Positions 31,129 to 46,002 of a stretch of 64,000 nucleotides of DNA are shown here, in pieces. The position numbers and the translations under genes are program-made. The DNA is from Eledone cirrhosa. Lineage: Eukaryota. Under the pieces are notes generated by a model, which saw only the letters and a program-made list of their open reading frames with translations, did not search any database and was not told the origin of the DNA. The stretch covers positions 25,296,001 through 25,360,000 of the forward strand of contig OZ024752.1 of the NCBI GenBank assembly GCA_964016885.1, read 5' to 3'. Position 1 is the stretch's first letter. Every line of letters begins with the position of its first letter.

Positions 31129-32524
31129 TATATATATATACATAAATATATACGATATTAAACAAATGGAAACTATATTTATAAAACCATATTTATTTCA
31201 TTATACATATTTCGGGGATACCATATTAAATATATGGCATGCCTTCTTCAGATAAAATACAATATATAAACAGTTTTATAAATAATTTTGACGTACCATA
31301 AATATTGAGCAACCGTTATGTAGAAAGCCGGTTTGGTAGTGAGATGTTTATAAATATTTAGTGTTAAGCACAGTTAAAAAGAAAGGCGGAGAAAAAGAAG
31401 AAATGTATGTAAAGAAAAACAGAGAGAAATAGAGAGAGATAGGGGAGAGAGAAATAGTGAGGAGGTGAAAAAATAGAGGCAGCTGAATGTAACAGATGAA
31501 TAATAATAATTCATCATACAAATTGAGAGATTTAGGAGGGAGGGCGTACTGTAATTATTTAGTTATAGTGTTAAGGACAGTTAGGGAGGAGACGGAGAGA
31601 AATAAAAATGAAGAGAAAACAGAGAGAGAGAAAGATAGAGGTGGGGGAACAAAAGAAAGAGGTAGACCAAATAATAATAATTATATAGGGGGAGGTGAAA
31701 ATCAAGAGAGAAATAGGAGAGAAATAAGAGATAAAAATTGAGAGGCAGAGTCAAAACAATAGATACATAGACTTCATCATATATAAAGAGGGAGGAGAAG
31801 AAAGAGCTATATCTAGAGAGAGGGATGATAGATTTACATCTTTACGTTATGTCCTATCAATTTGAATTATCAATTCATATGAACTGGGTAATATAATGTA
31901 AATATCAATATTCATGAATGAGACATAGATATATAATGTGTGAAAATAATTTTGCTCAATAATGACCATATGTTTAGTTTAAAATTCTGAGGTCGATGTA
32001 CCAAAAACTGAGATAAAACTTCAAAAAAAATACGGAAATATATAAGTATATACATACACATGCATATGCTCTTTCCGGAAAAGGAAAGAAAGAGAGAAAG
32101 AGAAGGTCATCTCAAGTTCTAGTTGATATTATAGACATACCCATGATTTTACGTGATCAACTCTGTAATTTCTTGTTTCACAAAAAAAATTTTTTTCCTT
32201 GTGTTATAAAAGATTTCACTATATATATATACATAAAAAATAAAAAATAAACGATTAATATTCTTGCCCTCACATACATGATTATCGTTCATGTATAGAA
32301 TATTATGCATATCTGTAACATATCCAGAACTATACCCACACATACATATAGATATATATGTATGCACACATACAGGTACATGGACAGATAAAATATACTC
32401 TGTAATCATTCCATATGCATATTAATACATATGGCCTTTGTACAGAGACTACCAGATATCAATATATCAGCACAGAAATATCAAAACGTTAAAATATTTT
32501 CATCAATATTATAATGAAGTATTA

Positions 32525-33315
32525 CAGTATTACAATGAAGCGTTAGCTAGAGCAGGATTTTTAATTACGGTAACAACTTTAACAACTATAATAGAAAACA
32601 TTACAATAGTTCCAAAAGCCGGAAAAGAAATAGAACTAGAAATATAATATGGTTTGCCCCCCCCCCCCTTTCTCACTAAATATTAAAACCCACATTGCTA
32701 AACTATTTTTTAATGCTCTTGACAAACGCTTCCCGAGAACACATAAATATCACTCAATTTTTAATAGACATACTATAAAATTAACTTACTCGTCCACCAA
32801 AAATTTAGCACAAAATATTAACAGAATAAATAATAGGAATCTAAAACCTAACCAAAATAGCGATAATAACCAAAACAATATTCAATTAAACAACTGTAAC
32901 TGTAGAAATAAATCTAAATGTCCGTTAAATAACAATTGCTTAGTTAAAAATATATTATACAATTGTAATGTTAAAACTAACTTAAATTCTTTTAACTATG
33001 TTGGTTCCACCTCGACAGAATTTAGACTTCGCTACAATAATCATAAGAATTCTTTCACAGATCCAAACAAAAAATCTTCAATCAGGCTTACTCTGGCAAC
33101 TTAAACATGATAACGTTGGGTATTCGATGTTTTGGAATATTGTCTCAAGAGGGATTCCTTTTAATTCCTCATCTGAGACATGTGACCTCTGTGTGGAGCA
33201 TATATTCTTTATATTAAAATCCAAAAATTCCCTTAATTTACGGACAAATTTATTCAGTTGCTGCAGACATAGATTGAACTCAACGTTTAAATATAAATAT
33301 AAATTTAAAATGTAG
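32525..33315 (+). pseudogene. PLE thumb/GIY-YIG remnant
   Basis: YYNEALARAG, HKYHSIFNRHTIKL, CNCRNKSKCPL, ILY..YVG, CDLC; several frameshifts. Confidence 0.85.
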
Positions 33316-34314
33316 TATAATTAATTAAGATATTTAATTAATGTATGAAACCTGACGATAAATCTTTCGATTCCTTCAACTTTTTCTTTTAAACCTTCTT
33401 CATAAATATAAACTAATGATGTAATTAAACTACTCTAAAATGTAGATGCTCCCAATCTATTGAATAAATTTTACGCAAGATAAACTTCTATACTAAATAT
33501 AAGAGCATCCGTAGAACAACAGGGTCTCCTAAATCCTTTAAATGATTTCTGCTAAATAAGTTTTGTTGAATAATTTTTGGTTTTTTGTTTGCTTTTTGAT
33601 TCTGATTGCTTCTAATGAACTTGGCAATATATTGTCAGATAAATTGGAAGGGTAGATTTCTGTGGTTAATATAAGAAGCATACTGTGTTTTTTGTGGCCC
33701 GAGATACTCTAGGGAGTGATGAAAATATTTTAACGTTTTGTAAATCTATCATCCCTCTCTCTAGATATAGCTCTTTCTTCTCCTCCCTCTTTATATATGA
33801 TGAAGTCTATGTATCTGTTGTTTTGACTCTGCCTCTCAAGTTTCTCTCTTATTTCTCTCCTATTTCTCTCTTGATTTTCACCTCCCCCTATATAATTATT
33901 ATTATTTGGTCTACCTCTTTCTTTTGTTCCCCCCACATCTATCTTTCTCTCTCTCTGTTTTCTCTTCATTTTTTATTTCTCTCCGTCTCCTCCCTAACTG
34001 TCCTTAACACTATAACTAAATAATTACAGTACTCCCTCCTAAATCTCTCAATTTGTATGATGAATTATTATTATTCATCTGTTACCTTCAGCTGCCTCTC
34101 TTTTTTCACCTCCTCACTATTTCTCTCTCCCCTATCTCTCTCTATTTCTCTCTGTTTTTCTTTACATACATTTCTTCTTTTTCTCCGTCTTTCTTTATAA
34201 CTGTGCTTAACACTAAATATTTATAAACATCTCACTACCAAACCGGCTTCCTACATAACGGTTGCTCAATATTTATGGTATGTCAAAATTATTTATAAAA
34301 CTGTTTATATATTG

Positions 34315-34380
34315 TATTTTATCTGAAGAAGGCATGCCATATATTTAATATGGTATCCCCGAAATATGTATAATGAAATA
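34315..34380 (+). ncRNA. Type I hammerhead (family C)
   Basis: uauuuuau-CUGAAGA-aggcaugccauau/auaugguaucccc-GAAA-uaugua-UA-augaaaua. Confidence 0.8.
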
Positions 34381-34549
34381 AATATGGTTTTATAAATATA
34401 GTTTCCATTTGTTTAATATCGTATATCTACTCCAAAACTTGTCGAGTGCTTTATATCAGTTATAAAATATTTACTTGTTGTAACCCAACAATTTTAAATA
34501 AAACTTTTGCATAAATATATATATATATACATAAATATATATATATCTA

Positions 34550-34645
<96 letters not shown>

Positions 34646-34808
34646 TATATATATATACATAAATACATATATATACATAAATATATATATATATACATAA
34701 ATATATATATATATACATAAATATATATATATACATAAATATATATATATATATATACATAAATATATATATATATATATATACATAAATATATATATAT
34801 GTATATAC

Positions 34809-34949
<141 letters not shown>

Positions 34950-35063
34950 TACGTACGCTGTTCATCTCTAACGTGACGATATATTATCACTACATTATTG
35001 ATAACCTGAAATTTTAATAATCTCCTGTACAGTTGAGCAACTAATTCAGCATACGCCTCTAAA

Positions 35064-37383
35064 ATGGAAAGGCACCAATTGGATATGTCGTTAAAAAACA
35101 TACCTATTCAGGCAAAAAAGGAATATATTCTAGGTATGATACGAAGGACCAATGATTTTATTCGACGAATCAGATGGAAAACATTCCATTTTGAGAAAAG
35201 CCGTATAAACCAAACATCGGATCTTAACAAGGATAAATTTGGATTTAAATCTTACAAAAACCCACCCTGAAACAAACTTTTGTAGGCATTTGAACAAGAC
35301 CTAATGGATATGATCATGGAGATCAAATTTACAAAACAGAAAAACAATAAACCACAGAATGACATCACGGCACTGCTCAATAATCTAAAAAACGCCAATG
35401 GAATTATTGTTAGAGTAGACAAAACATCAAACGTATATACCATGGATGTGGACACTTACAATAACTTCATCCGTAAGGAATTGCATAAAAAATACAGGAA
35501 AACTAATGAAGCTACACTTAAAAGCATCAACAACTCGGCATGTGAAATTGTTTTAAAACTTTGTATTGACGATAGAACGCAACCCTTAACACCAGCTACA
35601 CCATCCTTCAAGCTGAAGAACCACAAGGTAAACTTCGATACTGACCCTAAAATTAGACTTATATGCCCCTCTCAATCTGATACAGGCAAAATTAGCAAAT
35701 ATATACTAGACAGAATTATCCCCCAAGTTAAGGCTAAAGTAGATATTAAACTATGGGGTAACACCCATGAGGCAATAAGATGGTTTAATAGCATTACTGA
35801 TAAGAAAAAATCAAAATTTATTCAATTCGATATTGATGAATATTATTCCTCAATTTCACCTGATACTCTGCATGAAGCTCTTTCGTTCGCTAAGGCTAAT
35901 TCCGACCTTACGGATGCTGAAATTAATATTATTATAGAAGCGAGGAAAACTATTGTTAAATTTGATGATAGCTACTGGGTTCGCAAAGATAGACCTTCTA
36001 ATTTGATATTACTATGGGTTCCAATGATTCGGCGGAAGTAACTGATCTTGTGGGAATTTATATCACCCACAGACTACAAGAAAAATTCAAGGATCTCCAC
36101 GGTGGAATCTACCGTGACGATGCGCTCCTATTAGTTAAGCATATGAATAACCAGAATTTAGAAAGGATGCGTAAAAATATCAGAAAGCTTTTTAAGGAAC
36201 TAGGATTAAATATTACATTTGAATATAACCTCAAAGAGGTTAATTTCCTTCATTTTACTTTGAATCTCAATACAGAAACGATTAAACCGTTCCATAAACT
36301 AAATGAGAACCTTAAATATGTAAATACGGATTCTAACAATCCACCCTCTATAATTAAATCCATCCCTAGAAATATTTCCCTTAGAATCTCCCGCCTGTCG
36401 TCCAACCAGCAAACCTTCAAAGAACATGCCGAATATTATGATGATGCAGTTAGGAAGGCTGGACACCTAGATAATATAGAGTATATAGTCGACGATCACC
36501 AAAACACCCAAAATAAATCTCATAAAGGTAGAAATAGCATAGAATCACCACCATACATACACTACCGCAATAGACACACTAATAGTCGCACACCACCAAA
36601 CAGAAGGCGATGTAAAGAGTATATATGGTACAACCGGGTCTATAACAACTCTATTAAAACCAATCTACCCTCACAATTCTTTCGATTAGTTAAAAAAACA
36701 CTTTCCAACATCACATACATATAAAATCTTAAACCCTAACACTATTCGACTTTCATATTCAACCGCCCCTAATATTGAACAACATATAAAAAAGCTTAAC
36801 GCAAAACGGTTGTATAAACGCCTTCCAACACATAACAATACACGTAAAACATCGGCTATAACATCACAAAACAACAAACACCATCCCGTCCTACCTAAGC
36901 AACCTCATCAACCCATCCATGCCAATACAACAAAGCAAAATTATAACTGTAACTGTGTCCAACCAGGAATGTGTCCGTTGAACAATCAGTGTCTTGAACG
37001 CAACATCATATACAAATGTACTATCGAATGGGATAGCCAGAAGTGGTACTATGTGGAGTCTACAGTTACCTCCTTCAAATCTCGCCTTTATAGACATCAT
37101 TACACGATAAAACATGAAAACCAGCGTTATGTAACAACACTCGCAGACAAGGCTTGGCAGCTGCGCGAAAATAATCAACAATTTAACCTAAAATGGGATA
37201 TATAGCGTCTACCCCTGCATATCCCACGGACAGAAATTTTGTAAATTGTGTAATATGGAATTATTTTGATTTATGAAATCAAAAAATATTTTATTAAATA
37301 ACAAAATAGAGCGATCGTTATACTGTAACCTACATATACGCTTGTAATCTACACTTTCATATTACAAACACTACCAGGATTGA
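35064..37383 (+). pseudogene. PLE RT/GIY-YIG pseudogene (stops and frameshifts)
   Basis: SLKNIPI, DKT, FIQFDIDEYYSSI, MGSNDS, IYRDD, CNCVQPGMCPL, IIY across ORFs 35064-37205. Confidence 0.9.
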
Positions 37384-37862
37384 ACGCCTGTCTCCATCTC
37401 CGTTTGATTGTCAAAATACATATTAACATTCTCTATTAGTCTTAATTCTATCAACTCTTCTATTCTTTACCATTTAATATAAACTGCTATAGATAAAATG
37501 AGATTTCTTAATTCAATTCCCTAATGCATATACCTGCAGGTTACCAGCATTGTTGTTATTCAGTAGCAGTGAAAATCTCCCTCTTCCTTAATTGACACTT
37601 TATATCTATTAATACTACTACACCAAACGACCAGCCCTGTCCATTGTTCAATTGGTCAAGTATAGATTAAAATAGGCACTCCCAAAAATTCTTATTTAGA
37701 TAAAATAAACCATATACTCATTGTATTCTCATTAGAAACCCTTTATATACTTGTTTACCAGTAAATTGAATTGCCTTCTGTCATATACTATCCCCTCTCT
37801 TCATCCTTTCTTACAACTAATATAAATACTTCAAATTTTCTGATTTTTTCCAATTTATCCAA

Positions 37863-37980
37863 TATCTCTGAAGAAGTGACAACTGATTATACATTTGCTA
37901 TCGAATACTTGCTAACATTATATGATTACGCAAGCAGCGATACATAGGTATTCCGTCTGTTACAGAAACATATGTCAATA
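37863..37980 (+). ncRNA. Hammerhead-like motif with long stem II and damaged stem I (family H)
   Basis: CUGAAGA-a gugaca...uguuac a-GAAA-cauaug-UC; stem I pairs poorly. Confidence 0.5.
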
Positions 37981-38104
37981 CCTAATAAATTCCTTTATAA
38001 AAGCACTTTCATTTTATATTCATCTTTTCTACATAAATATATATATATACATAAATATATATTTATACATATATATATACATCAATATATATATATATAC
38101 ATAA

Positions 38105-38135
<31 letters not shown>

Positions 38136-38185
38136 CATAAATATATATATACATATATATATATATACATAAATATATATATAGA

Positions 38186-38625
38186 GAGAGAATTAGTATA
38201 TCTACCAACATATGTATACAGATTCATACCTATGCTAGCAAATATATAGGTTTAGTCTTAGTAACTTTGTAGTTCAATGCAAGGGGATGCAGAACAATTA
38301 TATGAAAGACGTAAAGTAAGAGAATTATGAAAATTGACTTACTAAAATTTCACTCCAACTAATTAGTTTCTGTAAGGGAATAAATATGGTTACGTAACGT
38401 AATCATAGAGAAACCTTATGTCATCAGGGAGTCTATTCTCAGCTAAGTTCCCAGGCAATGCGTGGACACAAGGAACTCATATAAAAATATGTCACGTGAT
38501 TGATTCTTTCGAATTTGACACTGACCAAGTAGGCAGTGAATTTTTTCAATGTCCTGGAATTTAGTCCCCGCTCGCTTTTTTCCATCCATTGAATTATTTT
38601 TATATGAGTTCCTTGTGTCCACGCA
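38186..38625. mobile_element. Family E foldback fragment joined to family F
   Basis: Minus piece 38186-38487, plus piece 38488-38625. Confidence 0.8.
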
Positions 38626-39185
38626 AATCATTTGCCCTTAAGAAACCACTAGTGAATGGAATAATTGACTTATGTTGTTTATTACATTACTATATGTATG
38701 TATATGTATATTTTGGAGTTATATAAGGTTCATATGAATTATCTAAGATTGAGTTTTACACACACATATACTGTATATATATATATATGTGTGTGTGTGT
38801 TTGTATTTGGTTGTGCGTGTTTGTGATATGTACGTATTTGTATGTGTATAATTGTATAGCTATGTATGTATGTGTGTGTGTATATATATACTTGTGTATA
38901 TGTGTATGTGTATTTATATATATATATATATGTATATATATATGTGTATGTATATGTGTGTGTATATATGTATATGTGTGTGTGTGTGTTTGTGTATGTA
39001 TTTGTGTATGCGTATGTATGTGTTTATGTATTTGTATATGTATATTTATGTGTGAGAGTGTGTGTATGTATTTATTTTTACGTATGTATGTGTATGTATG
39101 TACGTGTGTATATAGGTATGATTGTGTGTATGTATGTATGTATGTATATGTATGTGTGTATGGCTATGTATGTGTATGTGTATGC

Positions 39186-39227
<42 letters not shown>

Positions 39228-39494
39228 CGGCGATGAATTAGGTTAGCGAGGTTTTTTATATGAAATCGTGTGTCGAAACAAATATTGTTATACTTGGGGA
39301 GGGTCATATTTGTGTAATATTGCCAGAACTAATAACAGAACACACTCACTGTTTGGTTGGTTTTCGCTTCTCGCTGTCTTTTATATCTGTAATCTAGCTT
39401 ACTCGGTCCTCAATGTTGCCATTGACTGACCGACGGTCAAAAATAATACAGATACAATATAGACACAAACACATATATATAGTTTACATAATTT

Positions 39495-39534
39495 ACATAA
39501 ATCTTTCGTTGCACATCTGCAACATCGTCAGTGG
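39495..39534 (-). ncRNA. Possible minimal hammerhead of the Nematis-like PLE
   Basis: ca-CUGACGA-u guugca..ugcaac-GAAA-gauu-UA-ug; stem I only ~2 bp. Confidence 0.5.
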
Positions 39535-39774
39535 TGTTATATTTTCCGCCTGTTGTGTTGTATGTCTACGCCATTTTTTATTCAGTCTGTTTGTATATTT
39601 ATTTATTTATTTGCTTGTTTGTTTATTTTATTTTGTCTTCTTGGCGCATGCGTTTGCGTGTGTGTATAGTGTTATGTTTGCTGTGTGACTAGTGTGTATA
39701 GTGTTATGTTTGCTGGGTGACTTGTTGTTATTGTGCTTGTGTATGTATTTATTTATCTTATTTTATTTACTTAT

Positions 39775-42134
39775 TTATACTTCTCTTAGGTCAGTGTTGT
39801 TTGTTTGGGTGTTGTTGTTATTCCACTCATTCTTTCTGTTTAGCTTTGGTCTTCTAATTTCTATTTCACTGGCCTCTCTGATTTGCTTATCTGCTGGGTC
39901 ATTTCTATGTTTAGATATTATTCTAATTTCTATGCTGTCTATGTTACCGTCATGTTGTTGTCTAGCATGTTCGTATAGTACTGACCCGTTTTTTCGTCCT
40001 TTTAGTTCCCCCCAGTGTTGGTCTATCCTTTCACCTATGCTACGAGCTGTCTCACCTATGTATGTTGTTGTCATGTTTCTGCAAGTACCCTCTGTACATC
40101 TTATGCCATAGACTACGTTTCTAGTTTTACAGTTTATCCGGGGTTTCACCTTACATATGATACATTTCCTATTGGTACAGTGGGTTTTCTTAAAAGGGTA
40201 GGTTTTGCTGATCAGGGATTTTATGGTGGTTCGTGGCTTTTCTACCACCTTTATTTTTAAGTGGGTCCTTCTCAGGGCCTTTCTACACTGGTTAGCTAAT
40301 TTCCCTCCAGGGGTGGCGTCCACAAACATGACACTCTGGTATCTCTGGTTGTCGTACCATGAAATGGCTTTCCCTATCTTATGTCTAGCCCTATCTAAGC
40401 TATTCCATGATTTGCTCCTGTATAATGGGCAAATTCCTTTCATGTCCAGTTCTATGAGGGTCTTATACTTTTCCATGGCTCCTTCGTATACTCTGACTCT
40501 GTCTCTTTGGTTGTAGCCAGAGAACTGCATGCGGTTGATGAAGTGTTGGATGTGTCTTTCCATTTCTGTTGGGTCGCACATGCTGGACACATTCGTCATC
40601 ACTCGTACCAAATCTGCGATCAGAATATTAAACTTAGCACTACTGGACATTGCTGAGTTTTTGAGTATCAAGTATTTGGAGGCCATGGGTTTAGCATAGT
40701 GTGAGTGGAGAATTTGGGCTCTCTCGTCTATAGTGTTAATCCAGAGTTCTGTGTCTAATACAGGTAGTCTATTGTTAGGGTGTTTGGAAGGGAAGTCGAT
40801 AGTTACAGTTATACTCTGGTGTATGGAATTAGCTATCTGCTGGATGCTTTCCATCGTGCTACGTTCTAAATCAAACTTGTTAGTGCTCTCTAGTGGGGGT
40901 GTTCTTATAACTATATTGATATCGTCTACATAACGAGAGTACATGATGAGGTCTATGGAGCTTTCATTAAGGAGATCTTTAAGTCTCCTTTCCCACCATA
41001 CCATGAAAAGGTTGGCAACATCACCAGCTATGCTGACGCCGATGGCTGCTCCCTCATTTTGGGTGTAGATTTTCTCATTGAACTTAAATATGTGGCCCTT
41101 TAGGGTAGTTTTGATACTAGCCCCTATTGCATGTGCGACCATTTTTCTTACCTGATCATTGTTTTGGGGGGTCCGTATAGCTTTGGTCCACCCAATTCAC
41201 CTTCCCATGGGAGTCATTTTTGCCATTGAGGTTATGGTGGGGGTCTACCTCTTATAGGTCTACTAGGGCAAAAACATCTAAGGTCATGGCTGTCTAGGTA
41301 GTCAGTGTCGTAGGTAAGTCTAAGTAGGAGGCCCAGTTCGTCTGTGTCGACGTCGCAGAACTCCACCTCACTCTCAATGATCATCTCCACACATCTTTTC
41401 ACAGCAAAATCAATGTTAATGGATGGGTACAGTGACACCACATCCATGCTGCCTATTATGCAGTTGGATAGGCTCCTGTTTTTGTTGCATTCACTGATTC
41501 TGCTGAGGAGGTCCTCTGTACTGTCACATACATCTGGGGACATCTTGATTATGGGGCGTATAACCATTGAGAGGAAGTAGGAGATCCTGTAGTTGCTAGC
41601 TATATTAGCTCCGCATACGGGTCTTGTTGGTGGTCCTGTTGTCGGGTCGTCGACTGTCTTGTGGTCTTTGTGGAGCCCATTCAAGGGTGGTATGCCATTG
41701 TTAGACGCCTGGAAGTTGTTGGCAGTGCGTCTGCTTGGCTTTAGGATGTCAGTCCACATCATCATGTGAGCGTTGAGGATTTTTTCTCTCCCATCGTGTG
41801 TTTGTTGTGCAACTTCGCTCGTGTTGGTGATGTGGGGTTGCATAGCCTCGATGTAGTTCGGCATGCTATCTATTGACATCCTACCAGACTTATCTGTGGG
41901 TAGACACACTACCTCACCATCCCTTGTGCGCTGCTTGAGGCTAACCAAGCCTTCTACAGGTTTCCTCCCAAGTTGTTGGGCCTCTGGTCTGCTCTGTCTC
42001 TTAGTATACCTGTCTACTATTTGTCTAATCTTATTTCTAGCTATGGTGAACTGTGCCTCTGTCTCGTCATCTATTTGTTGTGGTATGCAAACTCTTTTAT
42101 TAAAGGGTAACCTCGTAGGATAGATATTACCCAT
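39775..42134 (-). pseudogene. PLE RT/GIY-YIG with CCHH motif, one break near 41200
   Basis: TDKSGR, KDHK, RPVC, SMDVVSLYPSI, GAAIG, YSRYVDD, LPVLD, SGY, CIIC, VVYGIRC..C..YIGET, H..H. Confidence 0.88.
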
Positions 42135-42351
42135 CTTATATGTTTTGTCAGCTGGGTTGAAAAATAGTTTCTCTAAGGGGTTGTCATTATATCTATCGTC
42201 TTGTTTACTTCACCGTTATTGTTGTTGTTATATGTATGTGTATGTATGGATGTGTTGATATTTATGTGTGTATGTATGTATGTGTATATGTATGTGTATG
42301 TGTGTATATATATACACATATATATGTGTATATGTGTGCGTGTATGTATGA

Positions 42352-42435
<84 letters not shown>

Positions 42436-42453
42436 ATGTATGCATTTGTGTGT

Positions 42454-42577
<124 letters not shown>

Positions 42578-42865
42578 ATGTGTGTTTTTATTTTATTTCT
42601 CCTTTCCTTCTTCCTTCTCCAGCCTCACTTTCATATAGATTGCATTTTCGTTTTTAAAATCCAATATCAATAAACAGACCAGGATTTTTTCATTCCGATG
42701 ATTGAAAGCAAAATTTGTTGCTTTTAAGAAACCACTGGTAAATGGAATAATTGCCTTATGTTGTTTATTACATAACTATTAAGCTCTGTTACCTACATAG
42801 AGCACTCTTTTTTCCTGGACTTTTCCGACGGAATTACTTCATTCATACATATATATATATATATC

Positions 42866-43212
42866 TATCTAAGGCGGGTAAAATTCCCGAGATCCATGGA
42901 CGAGTTCTCTCCAGCGGTCTCTGTCCCTCATTATCGCTGCCATATCCTGCATCTCCAACAGACCAGTGTCTGTCCTTAGGGCATCAACATATGTTAACCT
43001 TGGTCTTCCTCTTCTAGTGTGTCCATGTAGGGGCTCCCAAAGGAGATGGTGGATGGGTGCTACACGAGAATGCTGAGGATGGCTCTGAACATTAATCAGT
43101 ATACACTGAGGATGAAAAACTCAGAGCTGTATGGGAGCATCCCAAAAGTCAGCTCAAAAGTTACACAGAGGAGACTGAGGTTGGCTGGACATGCTCACCG
43201 ACATCCAGAGTT

Positions 43213-43215
<3 letters not shown>
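42866..43215. mobile_element. RTE-clade LINE 3' fragment with 5' inversion
   Basis: Plus 43046-43215 reads [28 protein letters not shown]. Minus 43045-42870 reads the following LLWEPLHGHTRRGRPRLTYVD..MRDRDRW. Confidence 0.8.
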
Positions 43216-43284
<69 letters not shown>

Positions 43285-43329
43285 AATATATATATATACA
43301 TATATATATACATAAATATATATACATAA

Positions 43330-43448
<119 letters not shown>

Positions 43449-43487
43449 AATATATATATATATACATATATATATACATATATATAC

Positions 43488-43566
<79 letters not shown>

Positions 43567-43676
43567 AATATATATATATATACATATATATACATAAATA
43601 TATATATATATATATAGATATATATATATACATATATATACATAAATATATATATATATATACATAAATATATATA

Positions 43677-45100
43677 TAAAATAAAGTTAAATAAACAGTC
43701 AAATGATTAAAATTTTGCTTCGTTTATTACTGCTATACATATATCAGTGACAGCCATCTTTGGCTGTGACCTCTTCAGGCAGTTTTAATTAGTATGGTAT
43801 AGACAAGTACATATGTTGTTGAGGTGTATAATATTGTCAATATTCTGATATGCCCAGTTCCTGGTTGGGTTGTTATTTCACTGAGGAACTGGAATCATAT
43901 GTATCAAACGAATTTTTCATTTACTAGATTTCTGATTTTCAAGTTCCAATTTTAAATCTTGATTTCTCTTTATATATTTGTTATTTGTTTTCTGCCCTAT
44001 TCACTGTATCAACTTATATTTATTTTTAAGTTGAGATTGATTATAACACAAACACATTTAGTTTGATTATCTTATCTTAACATCTTGTCCTCATACCAAT
44101 CTATCCAACATATTTCTGACCTTGCGATTGGTTATAGCACACACACACTTTATCCTACATTATTTTTCACTTCTCCATATTCATTTTCGTTACTTTTTCA
44201 CCAATCTTTCATTTATTCTTTATTCTTTATTCTCTATTTATTTATTTATTTTCAAATTATACAAATTATATTAATTATTTTATTATATTATTTATTTATT
44301 TTCTGTTTTCTTCATTTATTGCCTTATATTTCTTCATATACATTGAAGAACCCCCCCACCCCACTACCACCACCACTATGAGAGATGGTGGCAGGAGGGA
44401 TGAAGAAAAAACACACACTGGATACTTCTAAATTGTTAGCAGCAGCAAGATATAAGCTGACCACAACACCAACAACGCTACCAAAATAATGGTAGAGGTC
44501 AAATGTACTTAACAATAGCAAACAAAAACACAACAGGGAGCCTCACCCCAGAAAGAATTCTATAGACTTCTGACTGAGGAATGCTCTCAGAACTGACCAA
44601 TGGGAAGTTTGACACTTTTTTTGTTATTTTGTTCCTTTAACACCTTGTCCCTTCTACCATTTTATCACTTTTTTAAGCTAACTCCAACAATAACAACACT
44701 TAGAATGAGGAATGTTCTAACAACTGACCAATGAGAGGAGAAGAGGACTTTTGACACTGAAATTCGTTTGTTTGAATTCATATGATTCCTGTTCCTCAGT
44801 GAAATAACAACCCAACCAGGAACTGGGCATATCAGAGTAGTGACAATATTATACACCTCAACAACATATGTACTTGTCTATACCATACTAATTCAAACTG
44901 CCTGAAGAGGTCACAGCCAAAGATAGCTGTCACTGAAATATATATAGCAGTAATAAACGAAGCTAAATTTTAATCATTTGACTTTTTATTTAACTTTATT
45001 TTACACTACTCCGGAGTAACCAAACCAACCTGCGCACTTCGTCGAGTGCTCCAGCCTGCATACTGAGGTGTTGGTATACATCCAACATAAACTCAAAATC

Positions 45101-45101
<1 letters not shown>
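43677..45101 (+). mobile_element. Solo pseudo-LTR of PLE family I with 5' inverted arm
   Basis: 43677-43902 is the reverse complement of ~44778-45001, and ~43915-45101 matches ~56575-57769. Confidence 0.88.
44897..44951 (+). ncRNA. Type I hammerhead (family I); degenerate inverted copy 43729-43783(-)
   Basis: acugc-CUGAAGA-ggucacagc..gcugucacu-GAAA-uauaua-UA-gcagu. Confidence 0.85.
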
Positions 45102-45153
<52 letters not shown>

Positions 45154-45814
45154 TAGGTATAGGATTATCCAAGATGTAGTAATGGTTAATTACTACACTG
45201 GATATGGTTGACGTACGGTAAGAGGTTACTCTACGAGTTATGGAAGAATTGTTCAAGAAACTTAGTTCCTGATCCTTCAGTATTCCGGAGTGTATATAAA
45301 GAATGAATAATAACAGGTAGACATCATAAAAAGGTAATTTATTCCGTGTGCTTACAAGTGTTTCCACGGTGGTACTGCAGCCTAGTTCCGCTACGTGCAA
45401 ATTCACAAGTATTTGCAGAACTCGAATATCCAATGCTGTGACCACTGTTTCCTCAGAGCAGAATGGTAAATGTACAATGTAAAAACCCTTAAGTGGGGTT
45501 GTTGGTGAAGATAGAGTGGAACAGGAAGAGAGAAAAGTAGGGAAGAGTGAGAGAGAAGGAAAGATATGCAGGGGTTGGAGAAGTAGGAGAGAGTGGCTTG
45601 TAGATATCTTAATCAAAATGTTATGGTAGGGGTTTTATTGGTTACTTTTGGAGAGATGCGTAGATAGTTGAGCATTGGATATTCGAGTTCTGCAAATACT
45701 TGTGAATTTGCACGTAGCGGAACTAGGCTGCAGTACCACCGTGGAAACACTTGTAAGCACACGGAATAAATTACCATTTTATGATGTCTACCTGTTATTA
45801 TTCATTCTTTATAT

Positions 45815-46002
45815 CGAAGGCGATGGATTGGCAGTATCGGTAGAGGGTCGGACGCCATGCTTTCCAGCATAGTTACGTCCCTTTACGGTCTGAGTTCAAA
45901 TCCCGCCGAGGTTGACTTTGCCTTTCATCCTTACGGGGTCGATAAAATAAAGTACCAGTAATGCACTGGATAATTGCTGGCCTTGTGCCAAAAGAAGAAA
46001 CA
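45815..46002 (+). mobile_element. tRNA-derived SINE (Meta-domain, octopus-type) with 18-bp TSD
   Basis: A-box-like tggcagtatcgg, B-box gagttcaaatcc, gcctttcatccttacggggtcgataaaat core. TSD attattcattctttatat at 45797-45814 and 46003-46020. Empty site in the inverted arm near 45300. Confidence 0.9.

Larger units (their letters stand above)
31151..34509 (+). mobile_element. 5'-truncated PLE family C with 690-bp 5' inverted arm
   Basis: 31151-31838 is the reverse complement of ~33742-34424. ORF remnant at 32525-33315. HHRs at 34315-34380(+) and 31194-31259(-). Confidence 0.88.
39227..42225 (-). mobile_element. 5'-truncated CCHH-type PLE (Nematis-like) inserted in the internal TA tract of family F
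   Basis: Minus-strand RT and GIY-YIG ORFs distinct from the Hydra-like families; weak HHR at 39495-39534(-). Confidence 0.85.

Noticed and set aside
35268-35270. In-frame TGA as possible selenocysteine (as reported for some Naiad PLEs)
   Set aside because: It aligns with a non-Cys position (KNPPH in family A), and the ORF also has a TAG and frameshifts.
45815-45910. tRNA gene
   Set aside because: A and B boxes are present but there is no cloverleaf; it continues into a SINE core and has a TSD.
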